Assembly (NCBI GenBank): GCA_016209225.1
Contig: JACQWO010000025.1
Location: forward strand, 14,548 to 78,547
DNA from: Desulfobacterales bacterium
Lineage (GTDB): Bacteria > Desulfobacterota > UBA8473
DNA: 64,000 nucleotides
Direction of reading: 5' to 3'
Positions 27,840-38,422 of this stretch are shown here, piece after piece. Below the pieces are notes generated by a model that saw only the letters and a program-made list of their open reading frames with translations, made no database searches and had not been told where the DNA came from. How positions within the stretch are numbered: the stretch's first letter is position 1; every line of letters begins with the position of its first letter. The translations under genes and the position numbers were made by a program.

Positions 27840-29285
27840 TCAAAACTTTGTGAAAGCTCCTAATATGCTTATCTCTTTCTGTACTCCGTATTTCTCCATC
27901 CTCCTACGGAGACTGTTCCTGTTTATACCCAAAAGCTTTGCTGCCTTCACCTGATTGCCTTTTGTTCTCATAAGCGCCTTTATTACAAGCATTTTCTCCA
28001 GAAATGAGAACACATCCTTATCCCCGGTTAGCGATAAGGGGATTTCTTCAAGAAGTCTATCTAAGATTCCATTCAACCCTGAAACCAGCCCCCCTTCTTT
28101 TTCCAGGGTATGAGCCCTATTTGTTTCCTCCTCAAAAGAGAGGTCTTCCTGGACAATGACTTCCGACTTACATCTAATAATAGCCTTCTTGACAACATTC
28201 TCAAGCTCTCTGACATTGCCGGGCCAATGATAACCCATCAATACCTTGATCGCCGATGGAGCAATATCTTTTATTTCTTTATTCAACTCCGGGCTTGACT
28301 TTTTTATGAAATACCTCACTAAATCCGGTATGTCGCCCTTCCTTTCCCTTAAGGGGGGGAGGTAAATAGAGACTACGTTCAAACGGTAATAGAGGTCTTC
28401 CCTGAACCTTCCCTCAGCGACTTCCTTTCTCAGATCCTTATTGGTGGCGGCTATTACCCTGATGTCAACCTTTATTGTTTCATTTCCTCCCAATCTTTCA
28501 AACTCCATCTCCTGTAATACACGAAGCATCTTGGCTTGAAGAAGAAGGGACATGTCCCCTATTTCATCCAAAAGTATGGTGCCCCCACTTAACTGTTCAA
28601 GCTTCCCGATCTTTCTTAGCCGGGCGTCGGTAAATGCCCCTTTTTCATAACCAAAAAGCTCCGACTCCAGTAGATTGTCGGGTATGGCAGCACAGTTTAT
28701 TGCCATGAAGGGTTTGTCCCTTCTTGTGCTGTGTTTATATATAGCCCTGGCAACCAGCTCTTTTCCAGTGCCACTTTCTCCAGTTAAAAGAACCGTTATA
28801 TCTTTCCCGGCCACCTGCCCTATGTACTTATATACCTTCTGCATTTCAGGCGAGTTTCCAACCATGATGTCCCCGTTTAGTTCCCCCTCTTGGGAAGGGG
28901 ACAGGGCAACCTTTCTCTTCATCATCTCTGTTACGGATAAGGCGCTGGATATGGTTGCCTTCATCCAATCGATATCAAAGGGTTTCAGGGTGTAGTCGTA
29001 TGCTCCTAACCTCATGGCCTCCACCGCGGTTTCCATAGTTCCATACGCCGTCATAATTATAATATGGAGTTTGGGATCTATATTCTTGATTTTTCTCAGG
29101 GTGGTGATTCCATCTATCCCGGGCATCCTGATATCCATTATTACCAGGTCTGGGGTATCCCTGCTGATGATGTCTACGGCCTCTTCTCCGGACGAGGCAG
29201 AAAGGACAACATAACTCTTGGAGAAGACCTTTTTAAAAGAGTAATGAACATTGGGCTCATCATCAACGATCAGTATCTTTTTCAT
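27840..29285 (-). CDS. Sigma54-dependent response regulator (NtrC family)
   Basis: REC domain, GESGTGKE, GAFTDA, WPGNVREL, Fis HTH. Confidence 0.95.
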   Translation of the reverse strand: MKKILIVDDEPNVHYSFKKVFSKSYVVLSASSGEEAVDIISRDTPDLVIMDIRMPGIDGITTLRKIKNIDPKLHIIIMTAYGTMETAVEAMRLGAYDYTLKPFDIDWMKATISSALSVTEMMKRKVALSPSQEGELNGDIMVGNSPEMQKVYKYIGQVAGKDITVLLTGESGTGKELVARAIYKHSTRRDKPFMAINCAAIPDNLLESELFGYEKGAFTDARLRKIGKLEQLSGGTILLDEIGDMSLLLQAKMLRVLQEMEFERLGGNETIKVDIRVIAATNKDLRKEVAEGRFREDLYYRLNVVSIYLPPLRERKGDIPDLVRYFIKKSSPELNKEIKDIAPSAIKVLMGYHWPGNVRELENVVKKAIIRCKSEVIVQEDLSFEEETNRAHTLEKEGGLVSGLNGILDRLLEEIPLSLTGDKDVFSFLEKMLVIKALMRTKGNQVKAAKLLGINRNSLRRRMEKYGVQKEISILGAFTKF

Positions 29286-30952
29286 TGTACTGCCTCTATG
29301 GGCAGACTTACAGTAAATGTAGTGCCAATATCCGGGGTACTCTCCACTTCGATCGTCCCTCTATGTTCTTCAACAACCCGATGGACTATGGCCAGCCCCA
29401 ACCCCAGTCCTTTGGCCTTTGTGGTTACAAAAGGCTGAAATATCCTTTCCTTTATTGACTCCGGGATGCCAGAACCGCTATCCTTTATCTTGACCTGGAT
29501 AAAACCTCCGATAGCCCCTGAGGAGACTTCCAGCTCTCCGCCATCTTCCATAGCGTCTATGGCATTAAGAAACAGGTTGAGAAATAGCTGAGCTGCCTTC
29601 TCAGGATAACAGGATATATAGGGGAGTGGTAAAAGTGTCTTTTTGAGTTTCATCCTCTGTTGAGAAAGACGGTGCTCTATGAGAAGAAGGGTGTTTTCTA
29701 AGACCTGGTTTATATCCATTTTCTGCCGCTCTGGCTTTTCTCCCCGGGCGTAGTTCAAAAACTGGGTCACTATTCTATTCATGCGATCCAGTTCATTCTC
29801 GATTATAGTCGCATCCTTTTTGTCGGGGATAGACAGGGAGTGGAAAAGCATCTTGACTATGGTAAGGGGGTTTCTAATCTCGTGGGCCACCTCGATTGCC
29901 ATCTCTCCCAATACCCCGAGTTTCTCTGTCTCACGTATTCTCTCTTCCAGGCCTATCATCTGTTCATACAACCTGGCATTCTCAATAGCAATGGCAGATT
30001 GGTCGGCAAGGCTGGAAAGGAGCTGGATTTCTTCTGAGGTAAACCTGTGTTGTGCAGCCGTATAGGTGTTAATAACGCCTATTATTCTCTCTTTCACCAT
30101 CATGGGAACAGAAAGGAGGGAACAGAGGCCCACTTTTTTTGCCAGATCAAGATGTCTGTATCCCTTCTCTTTTCGAACATCCAGGATCATCAGAGGTTTT
30201 TTAGTCCTGACCACCTGACCTATTAAGCTCTCATCCACTTTAAGGTTGGGCTTCAATGTATAGTCCATACCCCCTCCATGGACGGCTTTAATCACTAATT
30301 CGTCTCTATCCGGATTCAGCAGCATGAGTGAAGAGACTTTGGTGTTCATCAGATGTGAGGCTTTCTCCACGATTGTCTCAAGAACCTTCTCTAAGTTCAG
30401 TGTCCCGGTAATGACCTTTCCTATGTCAAATAAGGCTGAAAGCTCTTCTACTCTCCATTTCAGGGTCTCATAGAGCTTGGCGTTCTGAATGATTTTAGCC
30501 GATTGGCCGGCCAGGGTGAAGATCAGTTCCATATCTTCCTGGGTGAAGGCGGATGTCCTTGTGCTGTCCACATTCACCACCCCGATAACCTGGTCTTCCA
30601 ATATCAGGGGAACTGCCAGCTCTGATTTTACGTCTTTATCTATCTTTACGTATCTTTCATCTTTTGTCACATCAGGCACCAGGACCGGTTTCCCCTCTTT
30701 TGCCACCCAGCCTGTAATGCCTTCACCTATCTTGAGTTTGGTGTCACTAACCACCCGGGGAGAGAATCCACGGGCTACCTCGATATTCAAGACCCCGGAA
30801 TCCCTGTCAATCAACATCAACGAGCCTGTTGTGGCCTTGGTAATCTTTACTGCGGCATCTATAATCAGATTCAGAACCTCTTGGGGCTCCAGGGTTGAAC
30901 TGATGACCCTCGACAGGTTGTAAAGTTCGGTCAGTCTGGAATTCTTAAGCAT
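29282..30952 (-). CDS. Double-GAF sensor histidine kinase
   Basis: Two GAF domains, AHEIRNPL, NAIDA, DSGSG, GLGLGL. Confidence 0.93.
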   Translation of the reverse strand: MLKNSRLTELYNLSRVISSTLEPQEVLNLIIDAAVKITKATTGSLMLIDRDSGVLNIEVARGFSPRVVSDTKLKIGEGITGWVAKEGKPVLVPDVTKDERYVKIDKDVKSELAVPLILEDQVIGVVNVDSTRTSAFTQEDMELIFTLAGQSAKIIQNAKLYETLKWRVEELSALFDIGKVITGTLNLEKVLETIVEKASHLMNTKVSSLMLLNPDRDELVIKAVHGGGMDYTLKPNLKVDESLIGQVVRTKKPLMILDVRKEKGYRHLDLAKKVGLCSLLSVPMMVKERIIGVINTYTAAQHRFTSEEIQLLSSLADQSAIAIENARLYEQMIGLEERIRETEKLGVLGEMAIEVAHEIRNPLTIVKMLFHSLSIPDKKDATIIENELDRMNRIVTQFLNYARGEKPERQKMDINQVLENTLLLIEHRLSQQRMKLKKTLLPLPYISCYPEKAAQLFLNLFLNAIDAMEDGGELEVSSGAIGGFIQVKIKDSGSGIPESIKERIFQPFVTTKAKGLGLGLAIVHRVVEEHRGTIEVESTPDIGTTFTVSLPIEAVQ

Positions 30953-33605
30953 TCCACTCTTCCAGCCCGTCTTCCGCTATGGTCTCTCCCCTTTTGGGCT
31001 GTACCTTTCTGTAGACTTCGATAGGGTCTTTCCTCTCTCCGCTAACCTTTAAGAGGTCATCTTCGATTGAAATCCCAAACAACCGTTCATTCTCTTGCAG
31101 GTAAGGAAGGATCAGCTCCCAGTCTCTCCGTTCCAGAGGCACGATTTCTCCTCCATTTAACTGCTGATCGTCCACCGTACGGTGAGGATCACGAACATAA
31201 ATCGCACCGCCCGATGCCAGGGAAAAGAGGTTGGAACCCGGATACGAAACAGATTGAGGTATGACGGTTCCGTCATTGTTGAATTCCATACCGTTCAACA
31301 CTACAAAGCCGCCTCCGTTATGAGGGTCGCCGGCCATAAACGATTCGGCAAGGTAATCGAGGCAAGTCCCGTTTATGACCACCCGTGGCCGGCCCACTGC
31401 ATTGATAAGCGGCCGGCCGGCTGCGTTGCCCATAACATAGACTTCGCCTCCCTTAGCACCATACATGAAGGTCTGACCGGTGTCCCCGTAAATGACCATC
31501 TTCCCTGATTTCATAATCTGTCCAACCTGGTCTTGTGCATTACCATGGACATAGATGGAGAGCCCGTCAATCCCGGAGCCAAGATAATCTCCCGAACTGC
31601 CGTAGATATCGATCCGCACATCCCCGGAGTCGGGGCCGATACCGCATCCGTGAAAACGCTGCCCCTTCAGCCCAAATACGATAAACCGGCGCCAACCCAT
31701 ACAATAGGCATCTACAATCAGGCGGCTTTCACAGTCCTCTCCTTCCGGCGGGAAGAGAGAACCGTCAATAATCAAGGTGTCTTCCCCTTCAACCGGCCCC
31801 CTGAGAAGATCTCTGCTATCCCAATCTATCAGTCTGCATGACACTCCATTGTTTTCCCTGTTCCTGCTGCTATCCGGTGTCTCAAGAGAAGGGAAACTGC
31901 GGAATATACTATCAAGTGTACGGTCTATCATTTGAAGGATAGACCGTCGCTTCTTGTTATATGTTGGGTAACGCCTGTCTATCAGTCTGCTCAGAGCATC
32001 GAGTGCCGTCTCAAAGCAGTCATTTCCCCTTGATGCCCATGTCTTCACCTCCATCAGGGAATCAAAGAAGTCTTCGTAGCTAAAGTCCTTGATTCTGTCT
32101 TTCAGATATTCATACAGGAGATCAGGCTGCTTTTTATGGAAAAAAACGGACAGATCAGCCCCTGATTTCTCCTCCTTATCTCTTAGGGAATATCCCTTAT
32201 CGGTTATATAGGCGGATTGATTGGTCGGAATAGTAATCTCATTCCCGAACTTGTCAGCGCAGGTCAATTTGCGCTCAAGATAGTTGCCATCGCTTTCTTC
32301 TAGATTGAATACAAATGCCCCTCCATCGGTATAGCTTCCCCCGCGTGCATTCCAGTATCGATCCGCCACCGTACCAACCCTTGGATCTTCCTCTGCCAGG
32401 CTCTTCAATGTAGCATCGATAGCCTGTTTCTCAGAACATACCAGCCCTATCTGAACTTCCCCGTCATGCAGGGCAAAGACCTGGGGTCTGAGCATCGAGG
32501 TATCGGTAATACCAATGAGCTGTAAACGCTTATTCTCCGTGTCATTCCTCGCAATAATAAAAAACCAGGGGCCGTCCGGGGATCCGTGAATATGGGTCGC
32601 CTGAATAGCCCGGTAGATCTTCTGTTTTTCTATAGGCAACTGATCAAAATCCCTCTCCATGGTGGGAGCGAGCGCTTCAATAACATATTCCAGAGGATAA
32701 TCGTAGGTTCTGCTATATAAATCGAAAAGAAGAGCAGATACCTCCGTATCGGTCAAAAAGAGAGGGTAGATATTCCTCTGTCTCAAATATTCCGCAACTG
32801 AGCGGTAGTTTGCAAAATCTCCGTTGTGGACAAGTGCCTCATTAAGACCGACAAAGGGATGGGCGCCACCCGGATGCCAGACCCTTCCTTTGGTGGGATA
32901 GCGTTGATGAGCGATCCAGACATGTGCCCTGAAATCTTCGAGTTTGTAGTATTGCACCACTTCCTCAGCATAGCCGACAATCTTAAGTATAATGAAGTTC
33001 CTGCCATGGGAAACAACAAAGGCATGCTGCTTTCCAAAGGCATCATAAAATGTCTTGTTTATATTAAAGCTGTTTCTGTAAACAAACTCATCCTCGGCCT
33101 TCCTTCTGTCCAGACCCTTTAAGCCTGTTTCATTTACAAAAGCATCGAGGACATTGGACTTTACACGGACAAAATAACGCCGGATTTCCGGAGGGCGCAC
33201 TATCATACCGGGAATGTCCCTGTAATCATCTATATGAGACAAACGTTCCGAAAAATCTACCCTGAAGCATGGCTTTATAAAACGATTCTCAAGGTCACTC
33301 ATAACCCCTTCTTCCAGCACAGCGATCTGAAGGATATAATCCTCTTCCAGTACCTCCTTAGTCACCCCCAGAGCGTTGTGGTCGAACCCCATAGCCGCGA
33401 TTCCTCCTCCGCGGCCGTTCCCCCTGTTGTGCATCTGTTTTGAAGGCTCAAAGATATGCTTCCCCCTGACCGGCACGCTACAGGCAAATCCGGTAACGCC
33501 GCAGCCGCCTTCGGCTTCTATCTCATAATTTATCCTTCCGGGCAGATCCTGCACCAGCGGCTTTCTCGATTCTATAATCCTTGAAATGACTTCCTTTCTT
33601 TCCAT
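30945..33605 (-). CDS. Glutamate synthase-like subunit: Ntn glutamine amidotransferase plus GXGXG domain
   Basis: EGGCGVTG, HQRYPT, HNGD, TDTE, C-terminal GXGXG repeats. Confidence 0.88.
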   Translation of the reverse strand: MERKEVISRIIESRKPLVQDLPGRINYEIEAEGGCGVTGFACSVPVRGKHIFEPSKQMHNRGNGRGGGIAAMGFDHNALGVTKEVLEEDYILQIAVLEEGVMSDLENRFIKPCFRVDFSERLSHIDDYRDIPGMIVRPPEIRRYFVRVKSNVLDAFVNETGLKGLDRRKAEDEFVYRNSFNINKTFYDAFGKQHAFVVSHGRNFIILKIVGYAEEVVQYYKLEDFRAHVWIAHQRYPTKGRVWHPGGAHPFVGLNEALVHNGDFANYRSVAEYLRQRNIYPLFLTDTEVSALLFDLYSRTYDYPLEYVIEALAPTMERDFDQLPIEKQKIYRAIQATHIHGSPDGPWFFIIARNDTENKRLQLIGITDTSMLRPQVFALHDGEVQIGLVCSEKQAIDATLKSLAEEDPRVGTVADRYWNARGGSYTDGGAFVFNLEESDGNYLERKLTCADKFGNEITIPTNQSAYITDKGYSLRDKEEKSGADLSVFFHKKQPDLLYEYLKDRIKDFSYEDFFDSLMEVKTWASRGNDCFETALDALSRLIDRRYPTYNKKRRSILQMIDRTLDSIFRSFPSLETPDSSRNRENNGVSCRLIDWDSRDLLRGPVEGEDTLIIDGSLFPPEGEDCESRLIVDAYCMGWRRFIVFGLKGQRFHGCGIGPDSGDVRIDIYGSSGDYLGSGIDGLSIYVHGNAQDQVGQIMKSGKMVIYGDTGQTFMYGAKGGEVYVMGNAAGRPLINAVGRPRVVINGTCLDYLAESFMAGDPHNGGGFVVLNGMEFNNDGTVIPQSVSYPGSNLFSLASGGAIYVRDPHRTVDDQQLNGGEIVPLERRDWELILPYLQENERLFGISIEDDLLKVSGERKDPIEVYRKVQPKRGETIAEDGLEEWNA

Positions 33606-33620
33606 GACTTCAGCACTTCC

Positions 33621-35108
33621 TTACATATAGTCTAGGTGTATCAGACAATCTGTCCTTCCTACAAGCTCTTTTATGCTTTTCATACCCAGTTTCTTGAGTA
33701 TCCTGATCAGTTCTCTTAGCCAGGCCAGGTACATATTGATTATCCGCTGAGTTCCCCACTCAATATTCATCAATTCTGACAATTCAGGATCTGTTGTGGC
33801 AATTCCACGGGCACACCCTCTCCCGCTTTCGCAATTCTGACATCGCACACACTCCAATGCCACCAGATCCGCCGTGCCTATACAGACCCCATCGGCCCCC
33901 AGGGCTATAATCTTTGCTACATCATGAGGTGTCCTTATACCGCCACTGGCAATAACTGTCATCTTGTCCCTTACGCCTTCTTCCTGTAAGAACCGGTGAA
34001 CCTTGGGTACCGCATATTCAATAGGCATGGCAATATTCTTCTTGGCAATATCAGGGGCAGCGCCAGTGCCTCCATAGCTCCCGTCGAGATGTATGATATG
34101 AGCACCGGCGTAATAGCTCCCTACAGCCACCATATCAACGTCGGTGGGCGTAGATACCTTTACCGATACGAGCGCTTTTGGATTTATCGCTTTAATCCAG
34201 TCAACATGTTTCTTGTGATCCTCTACGGAATATACGCTGTGAAAGGGAAAAGGCGAAAAAAGAGGATATCCGACCACAGCCTCCCGCATACGCGCAACGC
34301 CTGGGGTCACCTTATCCCCCAGGAGATGTCCGCCAAGACCCGGTTTTGCACCTTGGGCATATTTAAATTCAACAATCTTGACCCGCTGTATGGTCTCCTC
34401 TTTTACCCCGAAAAGGCCTGTTGCAACCTGGGTGATCATATGGTCATCATAAGGCTTCAACTCATCCGGATATCCGCCCTCACCTGTACATGAAAAAGTG
34501 CCGAGTGCCGCGGCTGCCCTGGCCCTGCTCACCATAGTTGTAACGCTAACAGAGCCATAGGACATCCCTCCTCCGTAGACAGGTATCTCAATCCTTATCC
34601 TGTGAGCGTTATCATCCCTCCTGTTCAATTCAAGGCTCACATCAATATCATCATCCGTAATATCCTCCAAGCATGACCTGGTGCCCTTAAAAATCAGACG
34701 GAGTTTATCGAAGCCTCCTCCGGAGTTTCCCACCTTGTATTCTAAGCCCGCAAGAGGTCTCTCCCCAAATTCTGCCATATACCAGGTACCGGCAAGTAGT
34801 TCATTTGTCCATCTAAAATCCCCCAGTGTATCGAAAACAGGGTTCCTCCGGACAGAAAGGGCCTGCACCGGACAGGCTTTGTAACACGGTTCAGGGCACC
34901 CGGTTCCTAAACACAGGTAATTATTCTCAACAAAAACCTGCCCCCTTCTTTTCACGTGTACTCCATAAGGACATATCTCCACACATTTTCCACAGGCTAT
35001 GCAGTCACCTGTCCTGTTTACCCTGAATTTTCCAATAGGGTTTCTAAAACGAGACCGCGTCCGCACAGCTTCCGGAAATTGAAAAACATTCGGATTACTC
35101 AAGCTCAC
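33621..35108 (-). CDS. Glutamate synthase FMN-binding subunit with ferredoxin domain
   Basis: CIACGKCVEICP, GGMSYGS, TGEGG, QGAKPGLGGHL, ASGGIR; GTG start after GAGGAGG. Confidence 0.9.
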   Translation of the reverse strand: MSLSNPNVFQFPEAVRTRSRFRNPIGKFRVNRTGDCIACGKCVEICPYGVHVKRRGQVFVENNYLCLGTGCPEPCYKACPVQALSVRRNPVFDTLGDFRWTNELLAGTWYMAEFGERPLAGLEYKVGNSGGGFDKLRLIFKGTRSCLEDITDDDIDVSLELNRRDDNAHRIRIEIPVYGGGMSYGSVSVTTMVSRARAAAALGTFSCTGEGGYPDELKPYDDHMITQVATGLFGVKEETIQRVKIVEFKYAQGAKPGLGGHLLGDKVTPGVARMREAVVGYPLFSPFPFHSVYSVEDHKKHVDWIKAINPKALVSVKVSTPTDVDMVAVGSYYAGAHIIHLDGSYGGTGAAPDIAKKNIAMPIEYAVPKVHRFLQEEGVRDKMTVIASGGIRTPHDVAKIIALGADGVCIGTADLVALECVRCQNCESGRGCARGIATTDPELSELMNIEWGTQRIINMYLAWLRELIRILKKLGMKSIKELVGRTDCLIHLDYM

Positions 35109-36492
35109 ATCCCTCCTCGACCTGTCCCATAGATTCAAAGGCGGCTCTATCCATATCCTCAAAAAACATGGCGCGTCCTACCTCTCCCCTCAATCGGCGG
35201 GCATCCCTGATACCCATTGCTCCCATCACTTCGATTAGTTGATTGTGCCATGCCCCGATCAGGTTTACGACACGGGAGGCAACCCAGCCAGGTGAGGCTG
35301 TATCTATCTCTACAGGACACGAGAGCCCTTTGGTGCATCTGCGACACATACGGCATTCCAGGGCTATGAGAATAGGGAAGTCTACAAAGACAGTGTCTGC
35401 CCCGCATATTATTGCCTTAGCCACATGCTCTGCCATGGCCAGTCCACCGCTGGCAAGGAGAGTAACCCCATCCCGGATGTTCTCTTCAACAAGTTTCATA
35501 TGGACCAATCTAATCCCATCTTTAAGATTACGGGTGTTATCATCCATAAACCGAGACATCGAGCTTCCTTCCAGATGGATAATGGATATACCGCCTCTTG
35601 CCAGAGAAAGCGCCTTCTCCTCCATCCCTTCAGCCATAGGTATCCTTACCGACACAAAGAGGTTCGGGATGTATCCTTTGATATCCTCAACAACTCCCTG
35701 CCATTCTTCTGTCCAGGGAATCTCTATAATTTTTGCATTCTTCGGGATATTGCCAATTGAAGTTCCTCTGGGCAAAACCAGCGGCATCAAGCAGCCGCCC
35801 ATGTCCTCCAATGCTGAATCGATCTTCTCCATGGGAAGGGCTATAAGAGTCCCAAGACGCCGCGCACCCATTGCCCATCCTTTTATTGTGTTTGGGCTGA
35901 TTGTGCCAAAGGAAGGCATCTTCAAGATTATAGGCAGAGGAATGTCAATAATGGAAGGGACCTCCCCTTCAAGTGTATCGCTGCCATTGAACATCAAATG
36001 TTCCGGAGTTTTACCCATGTCCACTGCAGTGCTTATATATTCACGACCGTGGATACCGTCCCTCGTCGGACGGACTATCTCTGACATATCCGTCCACATG
36101 GAATCAAACCCGGGGCCGCTGAAAGGACCGGGATATCCGGCGCCTGAAACCGGTATCTTTCCCGTTTGAGACTGGTTCCACAACCTCACAATAATCGGCG
36201 GTGACCAATGAGAATCCCCCATGGCATTAAACTCGGGATTCAAGGATTTATGTATCAGCTCCTTAGGGCAATTCTGAACGCACCTGTAACAGTTCATACA
36301 GAGGTTGTCAATGGATTCGATCATGTGACGGGAATCAATGCCCCTTTTATCATAGACGTTGTAAACACACCTCTTCTTCACGCAGACGGCGCACTTCAAA
36401 CAACCCTCTTCCCATGCAATAATCCCCGATTTGCTTACAGGCTGGAAGCGATTAGTCACGGTTTTTGTGTGTATCATGTATTTGGACGGCAT
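35095..36492 (-). CDS. Second, divergent glutamate synthase FMN-domain subunit with Fe-S clusters
   Basis: CLKCAVC, CMNCYRCVQNCP, ASGG, CRMCRRC; lacks the QGAKPG motif. Confidence 0.8.
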   Translation of the reverse strand: MPSKYMIHTKTVTNRFQPVSKSGIIAWEEGCLKCAVCVKKRCVYNVYDKRGIDSRHMIESIDNLCMNCYRCVQNCPKELIHKSLNPEFNAMGDSHWSPPIIVRLWNQSQTGKIPVSGAGYPGPFSGPGFDSMWTDMSEIVRPTRDGIHGREYISTAVDMGKTPEHLMFNGSDTLEGEVPSIIDIPLPIILKMPSFGTISPNTIKGWAMGARRLGTLIALPMEKIDSALEDMGGCLMPLVLPRGTSIGNIPKNAKIIEIPWTEEWQGVVEDIKGYIPNLFVSVRIPMAEGMEEKALSLARGGISIIHLEGSSMSRFMDDNTRNLKDGIRLVHMKLVEENIRDGVTLLASGGLAMAEHVAKAIICGADTVFVDFPILIALECRMCRRCTKGLSCPVEIDTASPGWVASRVVNLIGAWHNQLIEVMGAMGIRDARRLRGEVGRAMFFEDMDRAAFESMGQVEEGCELE

Positions 36493-36505
36493 ACGTTTAC
36501 CCCTT

Positions 36506-36592
36506 GTAACTACGCAGGTGTTTAGGCTGAAGGCTGAAGGCTGAAGTGTCCTAACAGTCTTCCACCTTCAGTCTATCCACCTGAGGTGTTAC
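36506..36592. repeat. MITE-like palindromic element with heptamer repeats
   Basis: GTAACTACGCAGGTG...CACCTGAGGTGTTAC around (AGGCTGA)3. Confidence 0.6.
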
Positions 36593-36604
36593 CCCCCCTT
36601 ATTT

Positions 36605-37531
36605 CTAATCGAAGACAGGTCTCGGCAGAAGCCCGGCCCTCTCCACGATTTCACCAACCACCTCTTCCCACTCGATGGCCATGATATGAACCCCTTTTAT
36701 ACCAGGTACCTCTCTCAACCTCCGGATTGTCTCTACACAAATATTAATACCTTCCTCCCGTTGTTTGTACTTAGGTACCCCCTCCATCCTCTTTATAATT
36801 TCATCCGGTATATCCATCCCTGACACCTTGTTCTTCATGTATTTCGCCATGCCGGGCGACTTTAGAGGTGTGACCCCACCAAGGATGTAGGCCTTGTCGG
36901 TAAGCCCCCTGTCTCCGGCCATTCCCATCCACCTTTCGAACCTATCAAGGTTGTAGATACACTGGGTTTGGATAAAATCAGCGCCTGCCCTTATCTTCTT
37001 GGCAAGGCGTATCACTCTGAAATCGAACGGATCGGCAAAGGGATTAGCAGCTGCCCCGATAAAAAGATCCGGGGGCTGACTCAGGTCATCGCCTCCGAGA
37101 ATCTTCCCCTCATCCCGCATCGTTCTCACCACCTGAACAAATTGTATGGAGTCCAGGTCAAAGACGCCCATCGCCTGGGGCTGATTTCCAAAGATGTGAT
37201 GATCACCTGAGAGACATAAAACATTCCTTATGCCAAGTGCAGATGCACCCAGAATGTCAGACTGCAAGGCGATTCTATTACGATCCCGCACCACCATCTG
37301 GAGCACAGGGTCAAGCCCCGCTGTTTTCAACAGGCTGCAAGCCGCAATACTCGACATCCTGACTATGGCAGTCTGATTGTCTGTAACATTAACGGCATCC
37401 ACATTGTTTCGCAACATTTCAGCTTTCTTTAGCACAACATCGGAGTTTGCCCCTCTGGGGGGACCACACTCTGCTGTAACTGCAAAACCGCCTCCCTCAA
37501 GCACTCTTTTTAACTTGCTGCTATTGTTCAC
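36605..37531 (-). CDS. metF: Methylenetetrahydrofolate reductase
   Basis: ECGPPRG, NVTDNQ, RDRNRIALQSD, LSGDH, FIQTQ. Confidence 0.93.
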   Translation of the reverse strand: MNNSSKLKRVLEGGGFAVTAECGPPRGANSDVVLKKAEMLRNNVDAVNVTDNQTAIVRMSSIAACSLLKTAGLDPVLQMVVRDRNRIALQSDILGASALGIRNVLCLSGDHHIFGNQPQAMGVFDLDSIQFVQVVRTMRDEGKILGGDDLSQPPDLFIGAAANPFADPFDFRVIRLAKKIRAGADFIQTQCIYNLDRFERWMGMAGDRGLTDKAYILGGVTPLKSPGMAKYMKNKVSGMDIPDEIIKRMEGVPKYKQREEGINICVETIRRLREVPGIKGVHIMAIEWEEVVGEIVERAGLLPRPVFD

Positions 37532-38196
37532 TTTTGTTGGTCCTCCCTGACTATCTTTCTCGGTCCCCCGCCCTGCTTTCTCGACCAGTCCTTAGGCGGG
37601 TAGATATTTTCAAGCCTGTCAAGTGCCCCGAACTTTGTTAAACGATCAACAATCAGATGCCAGGCGCACTTGACATCAGGATTGATCTCACACCTGCCGT
37701 CCATCGAACCCCCACACGGTCCGTTTAAAAGCTGTTTAGAACATCGAGCCACAGGGCAAATGCCCCCGAAGTGGTGAAGCATGCAGTCACCACATCCCAG
37801 ACAGCTCTCTACCCAATAGCCTTGATCCCTTGTCTCACCTAGAAACTCGGTGTTTATTGCAGGTATTATAGGCACTTCCGTAAACATCTCGGCAACAGCC
37901 TGAACTCCTGCCCCGCATCCCAGAGAAAGTACTGCATCATATTTCTCGATTATGTCATCGAGAAGGATGACAAAGTCCCTCACACATTGGCGGTCAAGGG
38001 TTTTTTCTTCAATAAGCACATCTTCTCCCTTCATCTTGGCTGCCATACGTAAAGTAGACGCAAGCATTGCCGTCTCTTTTTCCCCTCCGGCCGCACATTC
38101 GGCTACACAAGAGGCACAGCCAAGGACGAGGATTCGTTTGTAAGGGGCGATCATCTCCCTGATCTCGTCTATGGGCTTTTGTTCTCCGGTAATCAT
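37528..38196 (-). CDS. metV: MTHFR small Fe-S subunit
   Basis: GCASC, CGAGVQ, CLGCGDC...CPVARCSKQLLNGPCGG; overlaps the metF start. Confidence 0.88.
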   Translation of the reverse strand: MITGEQKPIDEIREMIAPYKRILVLGCASCVAECAAGGEKETAMLASTLRMAAKMKGEDVLIEEKTLDRQCVRDFVILLDDIIEKYDAVLSLGCGAGVQAVAEMFTEVPIIPAINTEFLGETRDQGYWVESCLGCGDCMLHHFGGICPVARCSKQLLNGPCGGSMDGRCEINPDVKCAWHLIVDRLTKFGALDRLENIYPPKDWSRKQGGGPRKIVREDQQK

Positions 38197-38257
38197 AGGT
38201 TGTCTCCTCTCTCCAATTCAGATACTGAACTCCAGACGTCAGACACCAGACTTTTCT

Positions 38258-38422
38258 GTAACTGTTCACGGTTTACGGTAATTACAACAGCAGGCTTAAG
38301 CCCGCTGTTATATAAAGCTTGGAGCATTTTTGCCAACTGTTAACTGCAAATCGTAAACTGTAAACAGATACCCCAAGTCTAATGTCTTAGGTCTATAGTC
38401 TTACTGTCTGAATCACGGTTAC
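38258..38422. repeat. MITE-like element with heptamer repeats
   Basis: GTAACTGTTCA...TGAATCACGGTTAC termini. Confidence 0.45.

Noticed and set aside
35109..35162. ORF-track start of the FMN subunit at 35162
   Set aside because: It overlaps the upstream gene by 68 bp; the GTG at 35108 follows a GAGGAGG RBS
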